Of a stretch of 64,000 nt of DNA, positions 35,301 through 40,807 are shown one piece after another. Both the position numbers and the translations under genes were made by a program. The stretch comes from a virus (Duplodnaviria > Caudoviricetes): positions 1 through 64,000 of IMG/VR virus record IMGVR_UViG_3300031992_000051. The stretch is one strand, 5' to 3'. Numbering within the stretch: the stretch's first letter is position 1; every line of letters begins with the position of its first letter. The notes under the pieces are model-generated. The model did no database searches. It was not told the origin of the DNA and saw only the letters and a list, made by a program, of their open reading frames with translations.

Positions 35301-36599
35301 GAGCTCGGCCTGGCTCGCCGTGCCGCCCATCAGCCTGTCCACCGGGTACATCACGCCCTGCCGGGCGAGGTACATCTCGGCGCCCCGCAGCGGGGCCTCG
35401 ACGAAGAACGTGGTGAGCGCGTCGTTGAGCGCCCGGCCCGCCGTCGACCTGTCAGTGAAGAGGACGGTGGACGCCTCCGTGCCCCACGACCCCGCGTCGA
35501 GGAGGCCCCTGGACGCGCCGTCGCCGAGCGACTTGCCGAGGGCGCGGAAGGCGTTCCCGACCCTGCCGCCGGCGCTCCGCTTCAACGCGGCGGACACGGC
35601 CTGCTCGGCGCGGGCCTCCGCCGTCTTGCGGACGAGCCCGGCGCCCCACCGCTCCGACCCAGTGAGGAGCGCGTTCTCCTCGGACAGCATGGACTTCTCG
35701 ATCGTGTCGGCGACGGACTTCACCATGTCCCGGCGGAGCGCGGAGCTCCCGCGCACGGTGGACGCGGCGGCGCGGAGCCCCGCCCGCGTGCCGGCCGTCT
35801 CCGCCGCCTCCGACGCCACGGTCTTCACGACCGCCTTCACGACGTCGTCGGCGGTCTCGTCGGCGAGTATCTTGGTCGTGCGGGCGAGCCCGACGTGCGA
35901 CAGCGCCCTCGCCGCCCCCGTCTTCGACAGGAGGTTCACGGCGCCCTTGCGCGCCGCGCCGAGCGCCTTGCCCGTGATGCCGAACTCGAACATGAACGAC
36001 GGGGCGTCCGCGACGATCTCGCCGACGGTGTGCCCCCACGTGGCGTTCTCCTGGCGCTGCTGCTCGGCGAGGTACAGGCGGGCGGCGATGGCCTCGTCGT
36101 CCGACACGGCCTCGCCCCTGCCGATCTTCCTGAACGTGTCCAGCGCGGTCTTGCCGGCCTGCCACTCCCCGCCCACCTTGGCGACCGTCGTCATGTACGG
36201 GACGAAGTTCCTCCACGACATGTCGCCGATGGCGCTCCAGAAGTCCTCGCGCTCCCCGCGCCGGTTCGCCTCCATCGTCCTGATGAGCTGGCGGCCCTGC
36301 TCGGTCTTCTCGAGCTGCTCGCGGGACATGGTCTTGCCGAACACGTTGGCGGACTTCACGTAGTAGAAGTCGTACCCGCAGTTGTTCATCTTGCCCCATT
36401 CCACGGTGTGCGCGCCGGTGGGGTCGGTGTCGAGCTGCATGAAGCTCTCGGCCTTCCCTATCTTCACCGCCGTGGGGTCGGCGGGGTCGGAGAACTTCAC
36501 GGGGCCGGAAGCCTTCGGCTCCGGGTCCTCCATGGTGGCCGGGGGCGCCGCCACGGGGGTGCGCTGTGCCGTCGGGTCGTAGGGAGTGAAAGATGCCAT
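17313..36599 (-). CDS. Giant 6428-aa polyvalent protein: putative virion-packaged single-chain two-barrel RNA polymerase plus zincin-like metalloprotease domain
   Basis: GLPRTPS (R3163) followed by PFTLKILGCDHDGDK (D3212-D3216); HEYFH at residue 4394 followed by EEKAAE; own promoter and AAGGAG RBS; located at the end of the structural module. Confidence 0.75.
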   Translation of the reverse strand: MASFTPYDPTAQRTPVAAPPATMEDPEPKASGPVKFSDPADPTAVKIGKAESFMQLDTDPTGAHTVEWGKMNNCGYDFYYVKSANVFGKTMSREQLEKTEQGRQLIRTMEANRRGEREDFWSAIGDMSWRNFVPYMTTVAKVGGEWQAGKTALDTFRKIGRGEAVSDDEAIAARLYLAEQQRQENATWGHTVGEIVADAPSFMFEFGITGKALGAARKGAVNLLSKTGAARALSHVGLARTTKILADETADDVVKAVVKTVASEAAETAGTRAGLRAAASTVRGSSALRRDMVKSVADTIEKSMLSEENALLTGSERWGAGLVRKTAEARAEQAVSAALKRSAGGRVGNAFRALGKSLGDGASRGLLDAGSWGTEASTVLFTDRSTAGRALNDALTTFFVEAPLRGAEMYLARQGVMYPVDRLMGGTASQAELSLTSAAALNGDRDLMEKAHAISMGLDFLEYVSENTGRGFKSLGRAGVLKFAPKLAAPTSRVAGGMRVATAKLTKNEAGEITGTVLDGIMEEGRGAEAGGIINRFVRKVMGSPDDVRANTLETQTTAVLAKLKKDFGLDARNTAALQATIREGAVQPGLSREVAEAIGGDVGKFVKGAVREAYDTGVENMKLRSYAQYVAADFMSRHKVGPETASRLFERMGYDGVIGEMLEERYSDVATELFGLNGEKDQSLGAKLGRIRKTFTDWGQLTAEAAGFAFPMVARAGAMRALRAIGGGNEYTEFRDTAALYLDGTRHGAVGQWRYGDYLVGHAKAVRAEQAKHDAAVQRRAEVAAQRPADASDQWDAENLAPIDEEIARTEKAVRRMNERHERYLSSLTAEEKTGYSHLVNVAPLTAEDAELPDEEYNRKIAATNQQARQALSAGKVLTSRAAKMGQVLYKLDSRTKDETSGAFRKIAHWAVKVGAALATGDASILSANPAEWTGVDRGLPQGIQTALRQGYERIFKEELRRDQQARSARAGYETSEQGHTFQADMDAAHERALARFDPVARRLMAESLAAHQARMFSNEELMDAATAEVARSRGLKFDERTREFVDANGARQSLDSFLEANRPAVTSLRNRMAVSLYETLASGSLESGRIVFNRTRDDANPVVDVIDIPKNLPTEEQAVVAAVMRRIPGMRGVLEAQELDGDKPVEDQLGGPGTRQEWLDELVAATLPDGQITADSVAAAQANVASADPVTLENIARDLNFQYDGTEEDLDRRNREIVELAVLSKALGDPNVRTYSREGALAEGDPAASPWTDYVSARRRADGRWTYRDAEGRSQVATDEADLDAKMAAMDWSPVTPRVVFTHAKVLQSDSAQTMLRSLGLMRQYKGMMERAAGEDVNYKDPLFREGAATYNNPDAADRVRAEEKALSDLFERNSRQSGDNAVKLYLKEGERADDAAAMARARALMERAQAAYYRRNDETRGYAKLADDLLRRSGVSVPFADTGISVGMLNSDLRGKYSISLAAFRARHQAGAVYVSIDHGIAQNYKQSLLAAITLDAYARNRRLLADVFDAPVREFMDGVNRVAKAAQESASGPALARNIADFRAATVDHEQGTVRRPSPATMSLLIRAFALYQTEQPGNIKSVLGDYGPACKEIAKAVRNLPSFQAFVAVADRMFGGAGLNATLIERNRRNGTENATGLARLYAMFAPQGSPTLRDAIQSARPGGLSADEFMARVAEADSAAMRSGLQRQRQRPSRPQQQQPQPQAPASPTTILNTVQQTVPQDSAEEDALRMVMDAVPEADDTPAPDVPAPAPAAPAVSQAEQAVRERLDAANRRVDELHAAVEGGDTSEVTADELRNAEDERELLESVAAVDNAPVEEQPLDGANAIVEDEEDEEPVEMDDYYFVGGDGSVVGDEGTRTDADGRAAPVVLKDRTELTDAEIRGLVPVLAKMARAIVNNGNMDANEQEFSDFLKRLVPGIRDVDLGRFVGTYAKMDEKARKDEFEDLWTFAEDDVEEGTEPDGSERGNDKTLAALQSKALQNFLAFAQLVNPLTGRQLQGYLDDLRNTVERSLALDPGNETLKFVDGLVNPRANQAPSATVRDAYFAETLNRFTTEEGLPETREHLYNLLMAGDHPLNRKAGWLLGYLAAMPQAARRQMTLLVSSAAPSSPVRLKTQFLNADGLASGGRAGSRVVFMVEPRTGNASRVSTAAISAPFREFSGMTAGEIRKRADALLADAEAMAKEGRFSGGHPLHQRRGNSLYGSMAELFERHFGADSALVSVLSSRAASAHVERSESDLKSYKSKFTSQGGEAPFLVQTLANGLRLMADLAGNGKAGSREAELAAVLTFTHGDPRKGGLTWLTNTSRTTDQLASLFRAFETVMPQTILTAETDPERTNQPASSVAITLRGVEPAVQVFMDRLDERGFQKVCERFFPQFARLDDAEKRRILGICRQQMCWPTALRDRIVAKSLSKSAYSKETYLGCEAAYDMGNELAKAVAMPKGAAQDKAIEDARRKYGALAVAQRVSYDSDGNVRLKDDNTFYVPVFSGDHSSSILLSVPLRSQFAGKSYEKAAEEVASWVGLDLLGVDAKRSATTSLEAPGVGFIGLKHNPDGSVATNDDGTAQTGECRVNIVWSADGDNESMLGTTLGTGYGIEQLKRCAKDPNSSTLKFHAMNVSNSGTYGAHLSLLKSLNVGMGQENDKGEFGAWDPKRKLMDFIRKQRSSDFRDSTSLLADFDSIKLAVANSKMMGVAVTNAKGEKETVPLMEWFFGKLKEKLDSGATLQDSYEGDELDALFADEANPEGRFEWTDLAMPERSGSKKLSEILDGARLDAVEGLAGRTYSLSYRDNDLMGFTVANVSHRASTREKGSTRYGRTPRNHMVDSLALSRVVEEGWNADGAAGTRIFTHLAQTAESLQDLVSRWGAFSAWVANHPDTYRALRGRSEDAQNAAARGEPETGRFMKDIMNKELAAYLRSLRNVPMKGIDAPLVSNLSWVENGEAKTHSDSQMFKDTLQGSRTIPKRDRQFMRAHRRMALCSVNCTDASFRYGLYLDEEKLESVFGGSDEFVKDLFGDSLTYERLDGTTATEKTIAALDAIFTRLRDLEAEMRAEGEESDLAMQVDGLRRRIASVFKDHHGNYMDARKRTFSLRAADGTKSEGSANWYAEVSYDDLFTGLVRDAGGKRTFDRSAVYENMHDEKGETHIYLGGTMMGLPRTPSYNGSMWLQTVRAALPCTESGEGAEWKAGYDAMVAPDPFTLKILGCDHDGDKTKLYMLEAPSLGSDARGKGKELRDADRFLDLSKSFDELADNRKEHIKGTKKAALFEKKPKDTTLMQANNSFVQCLFDMSRALPVMDNTDGSSPFYTGEYVEGGTNRGAVARGTKAALTATAKALEKAGVEGGASVAWDVRVTKAADVIGPKLLDPKTGKTIGRPLTAAEVGDGAQNAAEARGIAVSLARALHIAWASGVFDKRLFRGAKGTEAARQWLDFMYHLDGLSNMTFDDIKEQVCSRLGVTAGMMDTIVADMIVHGGDKGRLPQTDSEFIDAFVRYAKDVNHGGSRSYMRRATDKADYAMQEEIRRAFGREGEELSNRDVQRFFGLEYSEKGGWGFTGTPAGGARTVQLLQEAAEELEQKRGRGVGKAALKSLAYAVATGGARRFGVLGGYLLYMHEKGGAEEAVRMLEWHDAVSALADAKAFGKAVNYTTTDPGAPSATSDAESCISGWERIMLDRKGNPIPASDLGISEAQLRRLNEMHDSTMLAYRMCGTQSVADYGRDCVDAFEDNVAAICGGAETTEDAVLATKLIAAQRIQPSDRMAAEASAQMTGLSFAAMRSVRQVGKSKIGAHNIYDVLRAFAQGSGSVVRGKRLHNGALDMRRGVEDMFELMYRLVDISTAQRELPLFAMFSERPDSGPRGYDAETYYGDEDAEERAERGLGRITLAFQGVTEGQISEVRRMYDRAVTGRELDSDGALAKNRRGIYDVERYRKYEERKRADGETPEPFKDWLREKSPFTFTMSRENLEAFRKSRDYTFLQGRARTTMNTLIDEAEAVLDALEPVLGKGCAIEPSAFLGQILPVYAALTQRTDRVPDSRSSSIVTAMGDTYARWAAELERLDRDHGLLMAAVTGVDFSPLKRGLERELMRDGTGKPARRINDRAEYEAAIDALAKRLHLRNAAELAKSIAFERKPGQSQTWRDVRAALHQGAWQTGNPEGRYNIDIFGNNGLYRTVLESLARGVPKPSAADRRIAEIEGWDEAEEAVPVALPTAAKPDVPERDPYMAELAAKLNGILGQWAGAKVEYRGGRELFVRARLRGTAAERQNRDGVETMIRVTLVDRVLDIPTLLANINEGVADPEKIAKNTWNWLRSNANRRGDAEGRTLTAEDVFAELKAMDAAGREAYLNRWRSVGVTSEQMTSDWAVEPKQLGVLCREIRLEEQAKYPNVVFHEYFHAVFGMMKELGTFSEEDMAHLAVAFHDRKGRFSEEKAAEDFRRFVEEGMVPKDEKTLNIFQKLLNAVKALWEAITKTGVVSSMYGREMKENPLAAMVLTGHAMTSATEADQENLDALAAMEGALAVDDGEVDVSAVAAEDGITGGEDLNALFGDRYVQGELFDLPPAEKAPVQALEARFLRAAKNMLGAWQVREAANTGDYAFDRLNGETLQGTMADLESIMPALDATGWQPGDSLGKIPREVFDSRTDAEKNVIMLLSREGLMMNELMDSELDDDRSYGILYRMADFLTDIEALTVDARRYADVLRANGLDEARVKDAVKRQLAASGAALARHFDAELGNHWGTRFRSTYRDFLTKWAPATQATQQGGESMYDVEDMSPEERIEEELDTVIPDRMSGQYSPQLTLARAVGMAVRNRFRRDGLDAEARDVLAAVGRNRERVLRGMERAAAVDAVRQVAAQQGIDPASISGQELENLAFRAIVEMNMAPSGDRAQGPINLRRGGTRETQEPFRATSSTLAGAIMAACGQTPAAIGEAVSRDLLALKARYAGTSFEAALDKFLAASRQLESLDPTRLCEDPAFREETLGATLHDLEAGLVGGNLLPNGDRERYRLANAGTSLNPSFDANRALYGNHVDAEGNGNDDFQYAAHRTIDAIYTVLAGMKFYRQLGFEPGDANAELAADVPAPNTPDQTAALLGVEARQLLEHGAEAADFYDQPYFVANNMDAWLESTVRKTFGHVDVGEFMRGMNNRHAGYMRRLVLEENWNAAVMGLDVLPGQYLAAVEEVQGKFSMDAGVVRRKDGGTYYRFVRYDASGVVHGQRDAKDPATGRKIALTENEARLCDLVLKADKVFAQGGRRVVTGVDKVRFSVDDVADEEYYSRENVKARRDSGREFSDFDRALWRLDLQLGGVDEAGLNPQWAEMVDPVRERFVRAAVSALQRAKRMDSTKDSSEATTDYVLNELEKAGVAVGHEKYNPVTKRKMYESGALVLDIDEIEDAFRSSSAREKLLAAGRREEWLTRQGRVEPVMRLYREVAAYVRTNPWLTDGDGAFFNNFRTPLPFMRGSGVFMYNANRKARGTEKSPAEKMTAEETVFKNVMAAYERSRNIKPATEMSDDQARLVAKVFGMENATADQIRTWIGRGDYAPGSARARETGLALRADADCADVTKAVYDRLVEAAWAGNGDPVAERVGGMSSVARMIDMYEEKAEQDLALAGGVGATDEMVFRTSGVLPANAQLGHAVHAAMEGITNALAFRSTLVNMLMAPDAQGRPTCYADPNLLAAEAGGVPDAVWGQVARWWAQSNGLEYDEGKSGIANAHEIYKTLHDEFSTKKTIGGVAFGEIAGEDIDAKSITGFMAQSDPRDSKLNVLAGGYALGYARHLLQSSRNFGSTAQRAVIHRALAYSKSLSVSFSMFFPLATKWESPIGAVGAVAALGSNLAPDFLRKHAKAASALQKMFSGNGWITNDFLGFRDVVKMMDSNDPFLSELVGWASALGIQLSDSRVNPLEPQRAIVQRDLRQLTEMVRGKFGAKAAARMDSVMRTLLTKSGEKAFTYALNATKLATTAQICMKLRQEAERQGKAFDPVRDLKRYSGYINAEIGGIDPLKYAWAHPMNRGLMNMLMFSWEWTRGAWEAGGGGAVEDLLLGGHTMTAEERKYIVGRWARMFGGVMIGIPMLFQLAIYGLSRAMGRDDDDDKPWTFQNEDKACWTAFDLTPLLRAMSQRFPTVAQWKKDHPALGAMIPMYTGDDRANRTHGSFDNGRRYYMHFGKQGWEFFRWFQDAPGQFFSKLSMPTQRILEGVFGRNLSWMDRELPWNDMGAAERWLSLSPDSATANMVKAFLPFTLSGFVDRGDVGVLSAFGPVQMGESDYTVKEKMKKELKRWAFDERGGLKFAVKPPRTDFKFRVAALDRDPVLVSLYRTARLNGNSHNDAVRLVDSAVQGLVGSLYNDLLEALPDKVDGDFDPYRVGKLCRAARRLGRKHSKIVQSLQERVEKRGHKLDPKLRELWSDLTKQGMAGTYEPPVRRKDY

Positions 36600-36625
36600 C
36601 GGGTGCTCCTTTGAGAACGCCCGAT

Positions 36626-36654
36626 ATTATACCACACCGAAGCTGTCGCGGCAA
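36626..36654 (-). promoter_or_regulatory. Class II promoter (sigma70 consensus, extended -10) for the giant gene
   Basis: TTGCCG-N17-TATAAT with TGg. Confidence 0.8.
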
Positions 36655-36659
36655 GGCGG

Positions 36660-38771
36660 TTAGTCGAGCTGGCTCTCCGGCTCCTTGCCCGCGTTCTTTA
36701 TCCGCTGCCGGGCGGCGTAGTCCGCCTTGGCGGCCTCGCGCTTCAGGCGGGCCGTGAGCATCTGCTGGACCTGGGTCCACAGGGCGCGGTTCGAGAGGAA
36801 CGTGCCCTCCGGGAGGACGTCCTTGCCTTCGTCGTCGAGGGGGATCGACGCCTTGTCGCGGTTCCCCTGGGCGTAGCCGACGACCTTGGCGGGCTTGCCC
36901 TCCGCGTCGGTCCCGTCCTTGAGCGTGAGGTACACGCCCTGCGACTCCGCGTTGTCGAACACGAACGACGGGTCGATCCCGCGGGAGAGGTTCTGCGCGG
37001 CGAGGCTCGACGCGGACGAGACGATCATGCGGGCCTGCGCGTCCGGGATGCCGTCGGACAGGAGGCTGTCGCGGAGCTTCGCCCGGCGCTCGCCGAACTG
37101 GAGGTCCATCGCGACGTTGCCGCTGTACCACGAGCGGAGCGAGGCTATCGTCGGATCGTTCGCGTCGGAGCCCGGCGAGAAGGCGAGGGTCGCTATCAGC
37201 TCCTCGACGTTCACCTGGCCACCGTTCATGAAGCCCTGCGAGAGGACGTCGCCGTTCGGGGCGGTCGCCCCGAAGAGCGCGGCCTGCGCGACCGCCTGCG
37301 CGGCGAGCTCGCGGCCCGGGCCATAGAACGAGCGGGAGAGCTTCCTCGCGAGGCCGTCCACCAGCTTCGCCGGGTCGGCCATGGCGGCGTCGGGGTAGAG
37401 CTGGCCCTTCGCCATCGCGGGCGTGAGCTCGCGGAGGAGGTAGCCGTGGATCGTGTCGGCCATCCCGTCGGCCTCGGGGCAGAGGGACCTCGCGCCGGTG
37501 CGGCGGTCGACGCCCTTCATGTAGTCCTCGGCCCGGCCGGAGAGCTGCGCGTCGATGCGCTGGGGGCTGCGCCCGCCGGTGATCCGCCCGAGCATGTCAG
37601 AGCGGAGGCGCCGCACGCCCTCCACGATGTTGTCGGAGGGCTGCTCCATGTCGAGGAGCGCGTTGCGGACGAACCCGCCGAGCGCGGCGTTCACGTCGTA
37701 GCCCGCGTTGCGGCAGTCGGAGAGGATGTCGGAGCCCTGCGCCTTCGAGTACGCGACGACGTCCATGACGTCGAGGAGCGAGCGCTTGAGGCGCGGGTCG
37801 CGGAGGTCGACGGGCGTGCGGTCGTCGAGCCCCTCGAGCGTCATCTTGAGCGCGGGGAGGAGCGTCGCGTCGAACATGCGCCGCTGGTCGTCGGTGATCT
37901 CGGCGGGGCGGCGGACGCCGTCCCTGCCGACCTGCGGGTCGCCCTGGAAGGTCGAGGCGACGAGGTCGTTGTACCCGCCCACCACGTCGGAGGCGAGCTG
38001 CTTGCCCGTGACCCCCGTCTTGCCGGAGTAGTCCTCGGCGAAGTCGAGGAGCGTGCGGAAGGTGTGCGCGGCGCACCCGGACGTCTGGTGCGTGTCGCGG
38101 ATGTAGTCCATGAACCGCTGCGCGCCGTCGCCGAACGCGCCGTCCACGCGCTCCTTGTTGTTCGCGTAGTCCTCGGCGAGCTCGATGAGCTGGAGCCGGT
38201 TCGCGACCGGCACGCCGCTGTGCGAGCTGCGCAGGAGCGGGTCCATGACGGACTTGATGACCTTGTCGTTCTTGAGGTAGAGGTCGGTCGCGTTCGAGCC
38301 GAAGCCGAAGCTCGAGAGCTCCTCGGACTTGCCCGCGAGGAACGGGCTGCCATCGGCGAGCGCCTGGCCGATCGTCGTCTTCGTTCCGTCGGACAGGACG
38401 ACCTCGCGCTGGTTGAACGCCCCGCCGAGGATGGCCCTCGCCCTCGCACCGATCTGGTTGGACATCGGGCCGTAGCCGTCGCCCTGCATCTGCGCCATCG
38501 TGCTCAGGCCGTCCCAGTTGAGGCGGATGCTCTCGCGCAGCTTGTCGTAGTCCTCCTTCGCGGCGGCGAAGTCGCCGTTGGCGAGGAGGTTCGCGACCTT
38601 GTCGACGTGGGTCTGCTCGAAGTTCCACGCGAGGCCGGCCACGGACTCGCCCGGCTTCTCGAACACGTCGCGGGTGAGGTCGGACTCCGCCTGGCGCCAC
38701 GAATAGCGCCCCGGCTCCATCTGCTCGCTGTATCGGGACGTCACGTCCCCGTTGAAGATGTCGTTGGCCAT
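36660..38771 (-). CDS. Hypothetical helical protein, putative internal virion protein
   Basis: 703 aa, AAGGAG RBS, located between the adaptor and the giant gene. Confidence 0.7.
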   Translation of the reverse strand: MANDIFNGDVTSRYSEQMEPGRYSWRQAESDLTRDVFEKPGESVAGLAWNFEQTHVDKVANLLANGDFAAAKEDYDKLRESIRLNWDGLSTMAQMQGDGYGPMSNQIGARARAILGGAFNQREVVLSDGTKTTIGQALADGSPFLAGKSEELSSFGFGSNATDLYLKNDKVIKSVMDPLLRSSHSGVPVANRLQLIELAEDYANNKERVDGAFGDGAQRFMDYIRDTHQTSGCAAHTFRTLLDFAEDYSGKTGVTGKQLASDVVGGYNDLVASTFQGDPQVGRDGVRRPAEITDDQRRMFDATLLPALKMTLEGLDDRTPVDLRDPRLKRSLLDVMDVVAYSKAQGSDILSDCRNAGYDVNAALGGFVRNALLDMEQPSDNIVEGVRRLRSDMLGRITGGRSPQRIDAQLSGRAEDYMKGVDRRTGARSLCPEADGMADTIHGYLLRELTPAMAKGQLYPDAAMADPAKLVDGLARKLSRSFYGPGRELAAQAVAQAALFGATAPNGDVLSQGFMNGGQVNVEELIATLAFSPGSDANDPTIASLRSWYSGNVAMDLQFGERRAKLRDSLLSDGIPDAQARMIVSSASSLAAQNLSRGIDPSFVFDNAESQGVYLTLKDGTDAEGKPAKVVGYAQGNRDKASIPLDDEGKDVLPEGTFLSNRALWTQVQQMLTARLKREAAKADYAARQRIKNAGKEPESQLD

Positions 38772-38780
38772 GTCGTCTCC

Positions 38781-39215
38781 TTATCCGAGGTAGAACCGCT
38801 CCTCGAGGGCGAGCATGGGGGACGTGTCGCCCTGCTCCGCGTCGAACTCCATGCGGCCCAGCTCCTCCGGGCTGACCCGCGACCACGCCTCCTTCGAGGC
38901 CCTGCGGTAGCGCTCGCGGCGCGTCTCCTCCTCCTGCACCTCGAGGCGCGCGGCCTCGTGCTCCATCGCCATCGCGGCGTCGGAGTGGTCGTCCATCATC
39001 TGCATGACGATGGCCTCGGGCGGCAGCATCGCTATCGCCCCGTCCCCGTCGTCCATCATCGCCCCGAGTATGCCGGGGCGGGACGCGGCGGCGGTCGCCA
39101 TGTCGAACATGTCCTCGAACGAGTACTGCCCGAGCGTCCCGTCGGACATGCCGCCGAGGTACGCGCCGGCACCGGCGGTCGCGAGCACGTCTTCCTGCGT
39201 CGGCTCTGCCGTCAT
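38781..39215 (-). CDS. Acidic Met-rich hypothetical protein
   Basis: GAGG RBS; ATGA overlap. Confidence 0.65.
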   Translation of the reverse strand: MTAEPTQEDVLATAGAGAYLGGMSDGTLGQYSFEDMFDMATAAASRPGILGAMMDDGDGAIAMLPPEAIVMQMMDDHSDAAMAMEHEAARLEVQEEETRRERYRRASKEAWSRVSPEELGRMEFDAEQGDTSPMLALEERFYLG

Positions 39216-40807
39216 GCGACACCTCTCATTCTCTTCTGGTTCTGCGCAACAGCCGCGTCAAAGGTCTTCTGGTCGCCGAACACAATCGTCCCGCCGCCGG
39301 CGTAGCGTCCGCCCGCGGACTTGCGGGACTCCTCGCGCTTCATGCCCGTGACGAGCTCGAACGATCCGGCGTCGAGGCTTCCGGCGTTCCTCATCACCTC
39401 GTCGGTCCTCCCGGCCGCCGCAAGCTGGGCGTCCTGCTGCCGCCTGGCCACGTTCATCTCCGTTCCACCCACGCGGTCGCCGACCTGCGGGCCCCGCTTC
39501 ACGGGAGAGGTGCGGTCGACGATGGCGCCGTGTCCGTACAGCTCCAGTCCGTGCTTCGACGTCAGGAACTGCTGGGCGTTCGCGTCGTTCCTCGTGACCC
39601 ACGTCGTAGAGCGTCCGTTCGAGCCGCCGACCGCGGCGATGGCGTTCTTGCCGGAGCCGATGACGATCCTCGCCTCGACGCCAGTGCGAGCCGCGGAGTT
39701 GCGGACCGCCTCGGCGGCAGCCTGCTCGAGCTCCCGGTTGGTGAGCGACGAGTTTTCAGGCCGGGCGTCCCGGTCATAACCCCCGGCGGACCGCGCGTCA
39801 ATACGGCGCTGCATACTCGCATCGGCCTTCTTCTTCTGCTCGTCGGCCTGCTTCTGGCGCGCCTCCTCCTGCTGCTTCAGCATCGTCTCGCGGCGCTGCT
39901 GGAAGTCGAGACGGGACTGCTCGCGGAGCTTCTCCTGGCCGAACTGCTGCCACTGGCGGTCGTACTGCTTGACGGCCTGGCCCCACGCTCCCTCCGCCTT
40001 GCGGCGCATGGCGTCGTAGCCCGCGTCGCCGGGGTTGAGCCCTTCCATGCGGGAGTTGATGAAGTTCTCGCGGAACTCGGCGGACAGGTAGCCGCCGGCG
40101 TACCGGGACGAGCGCCCACGGTTGTCGCGGCCGAAGAAGTCGGACGCGCCGAAGCGCTGCTTGGCGTCCTTGCTCGTGTCCTGGGGCATCCAGTCCAGCG
40201 CGACGTTCCCCTCGCGCGAAGTGGACGACGCCCCGCCGCGTCCGCCGGGCGCGCCGTCTCCGTTGAGGAGACGGTCGATCTCGGCCGCATACGGCGAGCG
40301 CGTCGTCTCCGACGTGCTCCTGCTCTGCCACGAGCCGACCGTCCTCGCCCTGCGCCCGTTGAAGGTGGTCGTGAACCGCGCCTTGCCGAAGCCGCTCTTC
40401 GACTGCTGCCTGCGCCAGTCGCGGTCGAGTTCCTCGAGGCGCTGGATCTTCTTCTGCCGGTTCCACTCGTCGCGGTCGCGCACGAAGCGGCGCTCGTCCT
40501 TCTCCTCGATCCTGTCCTGCGTGACGACGCGCGTCCCGCCGACGCGCTGCGGGTCGGCGACGCGGGGGCTCTCGGGAAGCCTCGCGGTGGCGTCGGCGTC
40601 GTTCTGGGCGAGGACCTTCTGCTTGCCGTCCTTGTCGGCGGAAGCCTGCCGCGCCGCGGGCTTGGTGGCCTTCTTCGCCGCCTCCGCGTCGTCCTGGGCC
40701 TTCTTGTCCGCGGCGAGCTGCTTGCCCCTCTGCTGGGCGAGCCTGTCGATCGCGCGGCCCTCGGGCTTCTCCTCGTCTTTACGCCGCTGGTTCTGCCGCG
40801 TCGCCAT
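39212..40807 (-). CDS. Charged coiled-coil protein, putative internal virion protein
   Basis: GAGGAGG RBS; rich in Q/R/E/K. Confidence 0.7.
   Translation of the reverse strand: MATRQNQRRKDEEKPEGRAIDRLAQQRGKQLAADKKAQDDAEAAKKATKPAARQASADKDGKQKVLAQNDADATARLPESPRVADPQRVGGTRVVTQDRIEEKDERRFVRDRDEWNRQKKIQRLEELDRDWRRQQSKSGFGKARFTTTFNGRRARTVGSWQSRSTSETTRSPYAAEIDRLLNGDGAPGGRGGASSTSREGNVALDWMPQDTSKDAKQRFGASDFFGRDNRGRSSRYAGGYLSAEFRENFINSRMEGLNPGDAGYDAMRRKAEGAWGQAVKQYDRQWQQFGQEKLREQSRLDFQQRRETMLKQQEEARQKQADEQKKKADASMQRRIDARSAGGYDRDARPENSSLTNRELEQAAAEAVRNSAARTGVEARIVIGSGKNAIAAVGGSNGRSTTWVTRNDANAQQFLTSKHGLELYGHGAIVDRTSPVKRGPQVGDRVGGTEMNVARRQQDAQLAAAGRTDEVMRNAGSLDAGSFELVTGMKREESRKSAGGRYAGGGTIVFGDQKTFDAAVAQNQKRMRGVA

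Noticed and set aside
17313-36599. Giant protein as a tape-measure protein, DarB-like methylase/helicase or N4/T7-type single-subunit RNAP
   Set aside because: No TMP periodic repeats, no NPPF or DEAH-type motifs and no T7-type motifs recognised. The RxP...DxDGD arrangement fits the two-barrel class better.
17286-36614. Very long + strand ORFs (2079, 1208, 1879, 914 aa) antisense to the giant gene, and similar shadows elsewhere (e.g. 47960-51472, 53506-56541, 40122-43142)
   Set aside because: Expected shadows of extreme GC codon bias. The translations are low-information and R/L/V/G-rich, with no recognisable motifs.
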